In this document: positions 1-7,741 of the stretch, one piece after another
How positions within the stretch are numbered: the first letter of the stretch is position 1
Layout: each line of letters starts with the position of its first letter
Source of the DNA: Okeania sp.
GTDB taxonomy: Bacteria > Cyanobacteriota > Cyanobacteriia > Cyanobacteriales > Microcoleaceae
DNA length: 29,468 nt
Assembly (NCBI RefSeq): GCF_035285525.1
Contig: NZ_JAYKGW010000147.1
Location: forward strand, 1 to 29,468
Direction of reading: 5' to 3'
The notes under the pieces: model-generated
Database searches by the model: none
Told to the model about the DNA's origin: nothing
The model's input: the letters and a program-made list of their open reading frames with translations, nothing else
Made by a program: the position numbers and the translations under genes

Positions 1-430
1 CAGTAGAAAAATTTAGGAAAGTTTTCCTGTAGTAGAATTTCTCAAACTCAAACAAACAAATATTATCTTTCCATAACCACTCAAAACTATCACCTTGGAA
101 AATTCCCAATTTAATCAGCAGAAAAACTTCAGAGAATTTTCCTGTAGTAGAATTTCTCAAACTAAGACAAACAAATATTATCTTTCCATAACCACTTCCA
201 ACTACCACTTCAGAAATTTAGTCTCAACTCTTAATCAAATTAAAATTTCTAATTTAATCAGTAGAAAAATTTAGGAAAGTTTTCCTGTAGTAGAATTTCT
301 CAAACTCAAACAAACAAATATTATCTTTCCATAACCACTCAAAACTATCACCTTGGAAAATTCCCAATTTAATCAGCAGAAAAATTTCAGAGAATTTTCC
401 TTCAGTCAAATTAAAATTCCAATAATCAGC
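1..430. repeat. Complex tandem repeat at the window edge. A ~258-bp unit (1-258) restarts at 259, with nested related sub-repeats starting at 1, 116, 259 and 374.
   Basis: Bases 1-115 and 259-373 read identically (cagtagaaaaatttaggaaag...ttcccaatttaat). The sub-repeat at 116 shares the core ttttcctgtagtagaatttctcaaact...caaatattatctttccataaccac, and the 374 copy is truncated. No ORF. Confidence 0.85.
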
Positions 431-511
431 TACGATAGTCTAATTATTATAATTATTATTTTGTAAACAAAAAAAAGCTGAAAGCTGATACCTAATTCCC
501 ATAAAAAAACT

Positions 512-1774
512 GTGAACTCGATAGACTCTTTCCTCAAACGCTTTGAACATTTCGGGGTTGAACTTGGCCTCCAACGCATTTATCAACTTCTAGATAACTT
601 AGACAACCCTCATTTCCAAGTACCCATAATTCATGTTGCTGGAACTAATGGTAAAGGTTCCGTCTGTGCTTACCTCTCATCCATCCTCAAAACAGCAGGA
701 TATAAAGTCGGACGTTACACCTCCCCTCACCTGGTTGACTGGACAGAACGTATTTGCCTCAACGAACAAAAAATTTCCTCCAATATATTAGAAGAATTAT
801 TAGAAAAAGTAGAAGCAGCTATTCAACCAGAACAACCTTCACCCACTCAGTTTGAAGTTATTACTGCTGCTGCTTGGTTATATTTTGCCCAACAAGAAGT
901 AGATGTAGCAGTTGTAGAAGTAGGTTTGGGAGGTAGACTAGACGCTACGAATGTTTGTCACCAACCAATGGTGACAATTATTACTTCTATTAGCTGGGAA
1001 CATTGGCAAAGATTAGGTTCTACTTTGAGTCATATTACTGGGGAAAAAGCGGGTATCCTAAAACCAAGATGTCCTGCCATCATTGGAGTATTACCCCCTG
1101 AAGCAAAAAAAGTAGTAGAAAAACGTGTTACCAAACTAGAATGTCCTGTTGTTTGGGTCGAACCCGCTGAATTATTACAAGAAAGTCAGGAAAATAACTC
1201 ATTCCCAGTAGCTAATTATCAAGGTCTTGAATATAAAGTACCATTATTTGGAGATGCACAATTAATAAATTCAGCGATCGCTATTGCCACAGTTCAAGTG
1301 CTAGAAACTCAAGGTTGGGAAGTCCCTACCGCAGCAATAAAACAAGGAATAGCTGCAACTAAATGGCCTGGACGCTTACAATGGACTACATGGAAAAATC
1401 GCCAATTATTAATTGATGGTGCCCATAATGCTGCTGCTGCTCAAGTATTGGGACGTTATGTCAGAACACTCAATTATCCATCTATCAGTTGGGTGATGGG
1501 AATGCTTTCTACTAAAGAACATTCGGCAATTTTTCAAGCACTTTTGAGACCAGGCGATCGCCTCTACTTAGTTCCTGTACCAGACCATAGTTCGGCTGAC
1601 TTGGAGCAACTTAGGACTATGGCTCAGGATATATGCACAGAATTAGAATTTTGTCAAGTTTATTCCCATCTAACAGCAGGTTTAGAAAAGGCTATTAATG
1701 ACAGTGAAAATTTAATTGTTTTATCTGGTTCTCTATATTTATTAGGTCATTTTATCGCCATTAGCAGTCACTAA
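512..1774 (+). CDS. folC: Bifunctional folylpolyglutamate synthase / dihydrofolate synthase (Mur ligase family)
   Basis: 420-aa ORF with a GTG start. It has the P-loop HVAGTNGKGS, the motifs YTSPHL and EVGLGGRLDATN, and DGAHN in the C-terminal domain, all typical of FolC. Confidence 0.93.
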   Translation: MNSIDSFLKRFEHFGVELGLQRIYQLLDNLDNPHFQVPIIHVAGTNGKGSVCAYLSSILKTAGYKVGRYTSPHLVDWTERICLNEQKISSNILEELLEKVEAAIQPEQPSPTQFEVITAAAWLYFAQQEVDVAVVEVGLGGRLDATNVCHQPMVTIITSISWEHWQRLGSTLSHITGEKAGILKPRCPAIIGVLPPEAKKVVEKRVTKLECPVVWVEPAELLQESQENNSFPVANYQGLEYKVPLFGDAQLINSAIAIATVQVLETQGWEVPTAAIKQGIAATKWPGRLQWTTWKNRQLLIDGAHNAAAAQVLGRYVRTLNYPSISWVMGMLSTKEHSAIFQALLRPGDRLYLVPVPDHSSADLEQLRTMAQDICTELEFCQVYSHLTAGLEKAINDSENLIVLSGSLYLLGHFIAISSH

Positions 1775-1786
1775 AGTATCAGCTTT

Positions 1787-1926
1787 AACTAGGGTCTACT
1801 GATTAAATTTCACAGTCTTTACATACTAATGTTTTTAGCCTTTTGAGGTCGTGAAAAAGAACCTGTTTTTTAGCTTTTAATAGTCCTCAAGTTAGGATTT
1901 TAGACATCATTGAGCAAAAAAAATTA
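1787..1926 (+). repeat. Dispersed ~140-bp MITE-like element (family B), copy 1, ending in an STRR tail
   Basis: Aligns by eye with 6683-6826 (same orientation) and 7568-7688 (inverted). Shared blocks are tagggt.tactga, ctttaca.ataa, ttttagcctttt, gaaaa.gtacctgtttt.agct, ctcaagttaggatttt and gcaaaaaaaat. Confidence 0.75.
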
Positions 1927-1993
1927 CCCCCCTACTCCCCTACTCCCCTACTCCCCTACTCCCTACTCCCTACTCCCTACTCCCTACTCCCTC
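1927..1993. repeat. STRR-like short tandem repeat: four 8-mers (CCCCTACT) switching to about five 7-mers (CCCTACT)
   Basis: Direct reading gives cccctactcccctactcccctactcccctactccctactccctactccctactccctactccctcc. It lies between the convergent 3' ends of folC and the 2003-2827 gene. Confidence 0.95.
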
Positions 1994-2002
1994 CACTTCC
2001 CT

Positions 2003-2827
2003 TCAGCAAGCCCTAACTACAGCTAATGGAGGTAAATCAGGTAAAATAGTAAGTTGAATTAATCCTTGATTAACATAATATATTAATTTTTTAGTTAGAC
2101 TTAATAAATCTTGCTTTAAATAAAAAGCCAAATCTCGCAATGTCATTTGTTTACTTATTAATGCCTGAAATTTTTTGTAGATTGAAGTAGACGCCTGTTG
2201 TTTAAGAATCTCAGGTTTATTCAATACAGGTGCTAAATTAGGAGAAAATTTGTGTAAATTTGCATCACACCAATTTTCCCATATTGGCTTTACCTTTTCA
2301 AAAGCTTCATAGATGCTCAAACGAAAGATAGGTTGGAGCATATCTGCTCGTAGATGACAACTTATAGAAGTAACCTGTAAAATCTCTAAATTATCTTTCT
2401 GAATTAAATCAAATAATATTTCTATCAAAGTATTTTTAATTATAGAAATAGCTTGGGAAGGTGAAATTTTTTCCTGTTTGAGTAAAACATTAATTATGTA
2501 ATATTGCCAGCTTTGGCAAATATCATAAGTTGAAAAACTTAAAGTTTCTAGAGAAATAAAAGGGCAAAATTGAGCAAAAATTCTACGCCATCTTCGCCAA
2601 GAGCTATTACCACCTGTTGCCCAAGTTAGAGAACCCCGATTAAAATATAATTGCCACTGTTGTTCTTGGTTTTGAATTTCTAATTTACCACTAAATTTTT
2701 TAGGTATTAGACTAATTAAATGATTAAAAAATCTCGCTCTAGTCTGTTTGGTTGTAGTAATCATTTTTAATACTTCATCAATGCAGTTCTGACTTATAAT
2801 ATTCTCAGTTTTTAGGGAACAGTTCAA
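2003..2827 (-). CDS. Standalone PATAN (PatA N-terminal, DUF4388) domain protein with no receiver domain
   Basis: The block QWQLYFNRGSLTWATGGNSSWRRWRRIFAQFCPFI matches the W-x-LYF-x-G-x-L-x-WA-x-GG...RRW-x-R...CP signature of PatA/PixG-type PATAN domains. The ORF-track start is TTG at 2827. An ATG (MITTTKQ...) at 2764 is a plausible true start. Confidence 0.55.
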   Translation of the reverse strand: MNCSLKTENIISQNCIDEVLKMITTTKQTRARFFNHLISLIPKKFSGKLEIQNQEQQWQLYFNRGSLTWATGGNSSWRRWRRIFAQFCPFISLETLSFSTYDICQSWQYYIINVLLKQEKISPSQAISIIKNTLIEILFDLIQKDNLEILQVTSISCHLRADMLQPIFRLSIYEAFEKVKPIWENWCDANLHKFSPNLAPVLNKPEILKQQASTSIYKKFQALISKQMTLRDLAFYLKQDLLSLTKKLIYYVNQGLIQLTILPDLPPLAVVRAC

Positions 2828-2910
2828 TAATTAATAATGAATAATTCTAATAAGAAGACTTGCTCAAAGGAAATTTTTTCTTTTCTCTCTATTAATAGAG
2901 AGGTTTTGTA
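2823..2910 (+). repeat. Dispersed AT-rich element (family A), copy 1
   Basis: The core aataattaataat...aattttttctt...agagaggytttgta is shared with 6453-6555 (same orientation) and 26481-26592 (inverted). Confidence 0.65.
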
Positions 2911-3366
2911 TCCTTGTTTTCGGCTAGAAATTTCAGTCTTTTGATTTACTTTTTGATTTTTTACAATCAATTTAGGATTGCTATTATATTAGTTTTTTCT
3001 TTAATTTGTTTATCTACATTATTTATTTAGTCAATTCTGTATAATGTATAATTTATTTATTGGAGGTAGATTAACTTCTGCCTGCTTTAATAATAAAGCA
3101 ATAAAAATTTAGACACAACTCAAATAAGATTACTAAGTACATCAGCAAAATTAATTACACATTCTCTTTAGATATCTCCCATATTATCCAGAAATAATTG
3201 ATAATTTCTGCCTATTCCCTGTTATCTGTTCCGTCCCTCAGCTAGGAAATTAATTTTGCATGACTACTTAATATATATAATTTATAGGTAAGCATTCCAC
3301 AGGAAATGCTTATATATAGTAAAGCAACAAAACCAAATTTTTATTAAAATTAAAATCGGGAGAAAA

Positions 3367-4464
3367 ATGGTTAATTACTTAAAAAACTTCTTTAAAAGAA
3401 AGCAGCCGGGAATAGGAATAGAACTAGGTCCAGAAAGAATTAATATTGCAGAAATTCATCAACAAAAAGACAAATTAAAATTAGTAAATTTTGCTACAGC
3501 AGAAGTACCAGAAGATGTGTTCTTTGAAGGTCAAATAATTGATGCCCCCACAATGGCAGAACTAATAGAGTCAATTATGACAGATAATAATATCAAAACT
3601 CGCAGAGTAGCAACAGCAATTTCTGGAAGAGAAGCTGTCACCCGTGTAATTCCTGTACCAACAGAATTAAACGACCAAGAACTAAAAGATTATATGAATC
3701 AAGAAGCAGGTTTATACTTACCATTCCCCAGAGAAGAAGCAGATGTAGACTATCAAAAATTGGGAGTAATAATAGACCCAAATGATGACTTAGAAAAAGT
3801 ACAAGTAGCTTTAGTAGCAACGAGAAAAGAAATAACAGATACCTATATAGAAGTTTTTACACAAGCAGGACTAGCAATAGACGTTTTAGAAGTAAGCAAC
3901 TTCGCCCTCATCCGCACAGTAAAAGATATACTTCAACAATATGGACCCCAAGAAGCAACAGTAATTGCCAATTTAGAATTTGACAGTACCGAACTTTCCA
4001 TTGTAGTAGATGGAATACCCCAATTTAATCGGACAATTCCGATTGGTACTTATCAAATGCAATCTTCCTTAAACGAAGCAATGAATTTACCTCCAACCAG
4101 AGATACTGCTGAATTAGTAGGGATGACTGTTCCAGTATTAGATACAATGGGGGTAACAGGAGGTGATTCAAATCCGGGAACTAATGCTCTACTAAAAGTA
4201 TTATCAGAATTAGCAGATGAACTCCGACGCTCAATAGATTTTTATCTCAACCAATTTGAAGATTTGGAAGTCGCGCAATTATTATTAACAGGGTCAGGAG
4301 CGGCAATAGGGCAAATTGATGACTTTTTTATGCAACGTTTAAGTTTACCCGCGTCTAAAGTCGATCCAATCGAAACTTTAGCCTTAGAAATAGAAGAAGA
4401 AATTATGCCAGAACAACGTTTTGGTCTAGGAATCGTATTAGGTTTAGCATTAAGAGAGGTATAA
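3367..4464 (+). CDS. pilM: Type IV pilus assembly protein PilM (actin-like ATPase fold)
   Basis: 365 aa. The N-terminus has IGIELGPERINIAE and the C-terminal part has LLLTGSGAAI. It is followed immediately by pilN/pilO-like genes. Confidence 0.92.
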   Translation: MVNYLKNFFKRKQPGIGIELGPERINIAEIHQQKDKLKLVNFATAEVPEDVFFEGQIIDAPTMAELIESIMTDNNIKTRRVATAISGREAVTRVIPVPTELNDQELKDYMNQEAGLYLPFPREEADVDYQKLGVIIDPNDDLEKVQVALVATRKEITDTYIEVFTQAGLAIDVLEVSNFALIRTVKDILQQYGPQEATVIANLEFDSTELSIVVDGIPQFNRTIPIGTYQMQSSLNEAMNLPPTRDTAELVGMTVPVLDTMGVTGGDSNPGTNALLKVLSELADELRRSIDFYLNQFEDLEVAQLLLTGSGAAIGQIDDFFMQRLSLPASKVDPIETLALEIEEEIMPEQRFGLGIVLGLALREV

Positions 4465-4471
4465 ATTAATT

Positions 4472-5287
4472 ATGTATGGCCTAGATATAAATTTTCTTAA
4501 TGATCGCCCAGAATATAAGAAAGATATTCCTAAACTAGAAAGTAATGGACTATCACTAGAAGACCCAAGGCCAATTCTAATTGGGGCAGCAGTGGCAGTA
4601 GGAGTTAATGGCCTAGTTGCAGGTGGGTGGTTATATCTAAATCAGGTAAACACTAGACTTCAGACAGATTTAGATAAATTAAATGGAGAATTAAGTGCAT
4701 TAGATGCTAAAATTAAAGACTTGGAAGCCATCAAAGAAACAACTAAAAAATTTGAGGCAGAAGCCAAAGCTTTAGCTACAGTTTTCGACCAAATCAAACC
4801 GTGGTCAGCACTGTTAGGAGAGTTTGGTTCTTTAGTTCCTAGGGGAGTAACAATTACTAGCATAGAACAAAAAGAAGTGGCAGTAACAGCTCCTGCTCCA
4901 CCCCCAAAATCTAATGAAAAGGAGAACAAAAAAGAGACTCCAGAACCCCCAAAACCAACAGCAACTTTATTATTTAGAGGAACTTCAGATTCTTACGGTA
5001 AAGTTAATGACTTTTTATTATTATTAGAAAGTTCTCCATTTTTCCAAGGAGAAAAAACTAAATTAATTTCTGCTTCAAAAAAGCCTAATCCAGCTACATT
5101 AGAATTAAAAGAATCTAATAGAACATTAGCACCAGAAATACCAGAATTACCTGCAGTAGTTGAATATTCAATAGAAACAAATCTTAGTCCTTTAGGTGCA
5201 TCAGAATTACTGTCTCAGTTAAAAAGTAAAGGAGCAATTGGATTAGTAGATAGAATAGAAACACTAAAAGAAAAAGGAGTAATTTAA
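4472..5287 (+). CDS. pilN: Type IV pilus assembly protein PilN (long cyanobacterial form)
   Basis: The start motif is INFL-x-DRPEY, followed by one TM segment (ILIGAAVAVGVNGLVAGGWLYL) and then a coiled coil. It begins 7 nt after the pilM stop. Confidence 0.82.
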   Translation: MYGLDINFLNDRPEYKKDIPKLESNGLSLEDPRPILIGAAVAVGVNGLVAGGWLYLNQVNTRLQTDLDKLNGELSALDAKIKDLEAIKETTKKFEAEAKALATVFDQIKPWSALLGEFGSLVPRGVTITSIEQKEVAVTAPAPPPKSNEKENKKETPEPPKPTATLLFRGTSDSYGKVNDFLLLLESSPFFQGEKTKLISASKKPNPATLELKESNRTLAPEIPELPAVVEYSIETNLSPLGASELLSQLKSKGAIGLVDRIETLKEKGVI

Positions 5288-5289
5288 AA

Positions 5290-6078
5290 ATGGTAGGAAC
5301 CAGTGAGGAAAATCTAGAAGAAGAACAATTAGAAGAGGAAAGAGAGGGTCTGAAAATTTTTGGGTTATCCCTTAAAGACCCAAGATTAATAGGAGGAACT
5401 ATTGGGATTTTAGGCTTAGGGGTAGCAGGATTATTAGGCTATAATCAGCTCAAGCCAACTATCGAAAAAGGTGTCGAATTAAGAACAGAAATAAAAGCAG
5501 CAGAAGTTAAAATAAAAGAGCTAGACAAACAAATAAAAGAACGACCAAAAGCAGAAGCAGAAAAGAAAAAAGCTGAACAGCAAAGAGAAGATGTAACTAG
5601 CTTATTTGCTACAGAAAAAACCATGAAAACTCTGCTGTATGATATGAACAAACTCATCGACCAAATTAATATAGGAATTACAGATGAAGACCAACAAGCT
5701 AAAATGACAAGGTTTCAACCACTGGATCCAAAAGATGGTAACTACATTGTCACCGATAATTCATTAGGACCACTGGTAAATGGCAAATTAAAGCGACGAG
5801 AATTTCAAGTAGAATTTGAGGGTAGTTATCTGCAAACCAGAGCTTTTATGATTGCTTTGGAAAGGATGCAAACATTATTAGTAGTTAAAAATTTAAGAAC
5901 TACACTGGAACAAGACAATCAAACTATAGAAGTTGAATGGAAACAAAATAAGTTCATACCAGTTAGTAAGCCAGAAAGTAGACTAATAACATCCTTTGAT
6001 ATGCACGCTTTATTGGCCTTAAGTGAAGAAGAAGCATTAGGTAAAGAAGATTCTACAAAAGAAGAAGAAACAAAGTAA
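5290..6078 (+). CDS. pilO: Type IV pilus assembly protein PilO
   Basis: It starts 2 nt after the pilN stop. It has an N-terminal TM segment (IGGTIGILGLGVAGLLGY), a coiled coil and an alpha/beta C-terminal domain, and occupies the third position of the pilMNO unit. Confidence 0.78.
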   Translation: MVGTSEENLEEEQLEEEREGLKIFGLSLKDPRLIGGTIGILGLGVAGLLGYNQLKPTIEKGVELRTEIKAAEVKIKELDKQIKERPKAEAEKKKAEQQREDVTSLFATEKTMKTLLYDMNKLIDQINIGITDEDQQAKMTRFQPLDPKDGNYIVTDNSLGPLVNGKLKRREFQVEFEGSYLQTRAFMIALERMQTLLVVKNLRTTLEQDNQTIEVEWKQNKFIPVSKPESRLITSFDMHALLALSEEEALGKEDSTKEEETK

Positions 6079-6452
6079 GGATTTAGCTGCCAGCTATCAG
6101 TTATGATTTTGATTTGTGATAAAAACCATATTATTAAGCTAGAATTAAACCTTACCACAAAAGTCGAAAATTCGGCTTCGTATTCATTTAAAGATAAGGT
6201 ATTATTGCTGTTAGCTGACATCTAATACCTGAATGCTTACGAAGCAAAATAACATAGTTTGTTAAAAAGATGTTATTTTATTAAAAAAAGTAGTCTAAGT
6301 GCTATGTATAAATTTTCCTAACTTACAAAATTTAGGAAGTTCTGAAAATAACTTTTTCATCCTGATGGGGATAAGCAATTGTATTTTTGTATAAAGTTGT
6401 GAACCACCTGTCTAAAAAACTTTGTGGAAAGTAGAGGACTGGGAAACAAGGT

Positions 6453-6555
6453 AGTTAATAATTAATAATTTAATTACCTCTTTTGTTTGATAAATAAAGG
6501 ATTTGCTAAAAGAAATTTTTTCTTGTTTCTAAATGAATGGAGAGGCTTTGTAGTT
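6453..6555 (+). repeat. Family A dispersed element, copy 2
   Basis: gttaataattaataatttaattacctc...aaattttttcttgtttct...ggagaggctttgtag. Compare with 2823-2910 and the reverse complement of 26481-26592. Confidence 0.65.
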
Positions 6556-6682
6556 TAATTTTTTGGTTGAGGAATAGAAAATATAGTAGTTAGAAAAAAC
6601 TACTTAAATTGTCAAGAAAGTTGATTTTTAAAGAGACTTTACTTTCCTAGACAAGCATCTCAAAGACTCAATCATAAGCTTT

Positions 6683-6849
6683 CTATTTAGGGCTTGTCTA
6701 TGGGATATTCAAAGTCTTTACAGATAATTTTTTTAGCCTTTTTAGTCTAGAAAAAGTACCTGTTTTTGAGCTGCTTAAGGCTCCTTAAGCTAACATTTTA
6801 GACAGATAGTTGGGCAAAAAAAATACTTTCCTACTCCCCCCTACTCCTT
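6683..6849 (+). repeat. Family B MITE-like element, copy 2, with a short STRR tail (cctactcccccctactcc)
   Basis: Collinear by eye with 1787-1993, including the A-run followed by a CTACTCC-type tail. Confidence 0.75.
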
Positions 6850-7567
6850 AAAATAAAGACTTTTACGGTTCCCGATAAATCAGGCAACCCTATTTAGGGT
6901 TTGTTGATTAAATATCAAAGGATTTATGGGTAAAGATTTGAGAAATTTTAGGTCAGCAAAAAGTAACAGCTTTTAGCTCTTGGAGCTACGGTTCGCGAAC
7001 AATCAAAAAGCTCGCATTTTTTGCTTATGGGAGGCAGAAAAATCAAGGGATATTTCATCTCACTACCTTCTTACTTATTACTCACTTATTACTCATTTAT
7101 TCTGACTCCTCCCCTCTACTAAAAGACTTTTTCAGCAAACCGTATTTAATCAAGATTAACCAGAATAAAAACAATTTCAAAAGCCTTCTTTATATATTCC
7201 CAAAATCCTCTATTACTATTATTTTTTTATTTGAAATTTATTTTAACCAGAAATGGCACTACCTTTTACTAGATTAGAGGTATACTGACAGCAAGAACCT
7301 TAATCTTAATCTAAAAAGCTAAAGAGAGATTTTTATTTCTAGTTCAAAAATACGGGTGCATATAAATTTTTAATAAAGCTAAAAAAATATCACTTTCAGG
7401 AAAAAGAGAACAGGGAACAAGTATAGAGGAAAAAAGTATTTTTCCAAACATTGAGATACACTAAAAATACCTTTTTCTAATCTTGTTTTTTGTACAAACA
7501 AAAAGGAATGGGAATTTATAGAACCAGTAGTCAAAATATCATCCCTTAATTTTCTGTCCCTATCTTT

Positions 7568-7688
7568 CCCAAAATCCTAACTTGAGGAGCATGAAGCAGC
7601 TCAAAACCAAGTACCTTTTCATAACCTAAAAAGGCTAAAACTTTTATCTGTAAAAGTTTTCATACTTTTTCAGTAAACCCTAACTAGG
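7568..7688 (-). repeat. Family B MITE-like element, copy 3, inverted
   Basis: The reverse complement reads cctagttagggtttactga...cttttacagataa...ttttagcctttttag...gaaaaggtacttggttttgagctgcttcatgctcctcaagttaggattttggg. Confidence 0.75.
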
Positions 7689-7741
7689 AAAAAATTATAT
7701 TTTTTAGCAAAATACTAATATCTTACAATAAACAGTCAAGT

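Noticed and set aside
1-430. Possible CRISPR or other repeat-spacer array at the window start
   Set aside because: The intervening sequences are themselves repeated (258-bp period), the units are too long, and there is no palindromic repeat.
3638-6221. Minus-strand ORFs of 60-100 aa inside pilM, pilN and pilO (3638-3820, 4660-4929, 5445-5657, 5919-6221)
   Set aside because: These are antisense to well-supported genes, with low-complexity composition typical of AT-rich shadow frames.
6985-7005. A tRNA-like T-arm (ggttcgcgaacaatc) in the pilO-pilQ spacer
   Set aside because: No acceptor stem, D-arm or anticodon arm can be built around it. No convincing tRNA or rRNA was found anywhere in the window.
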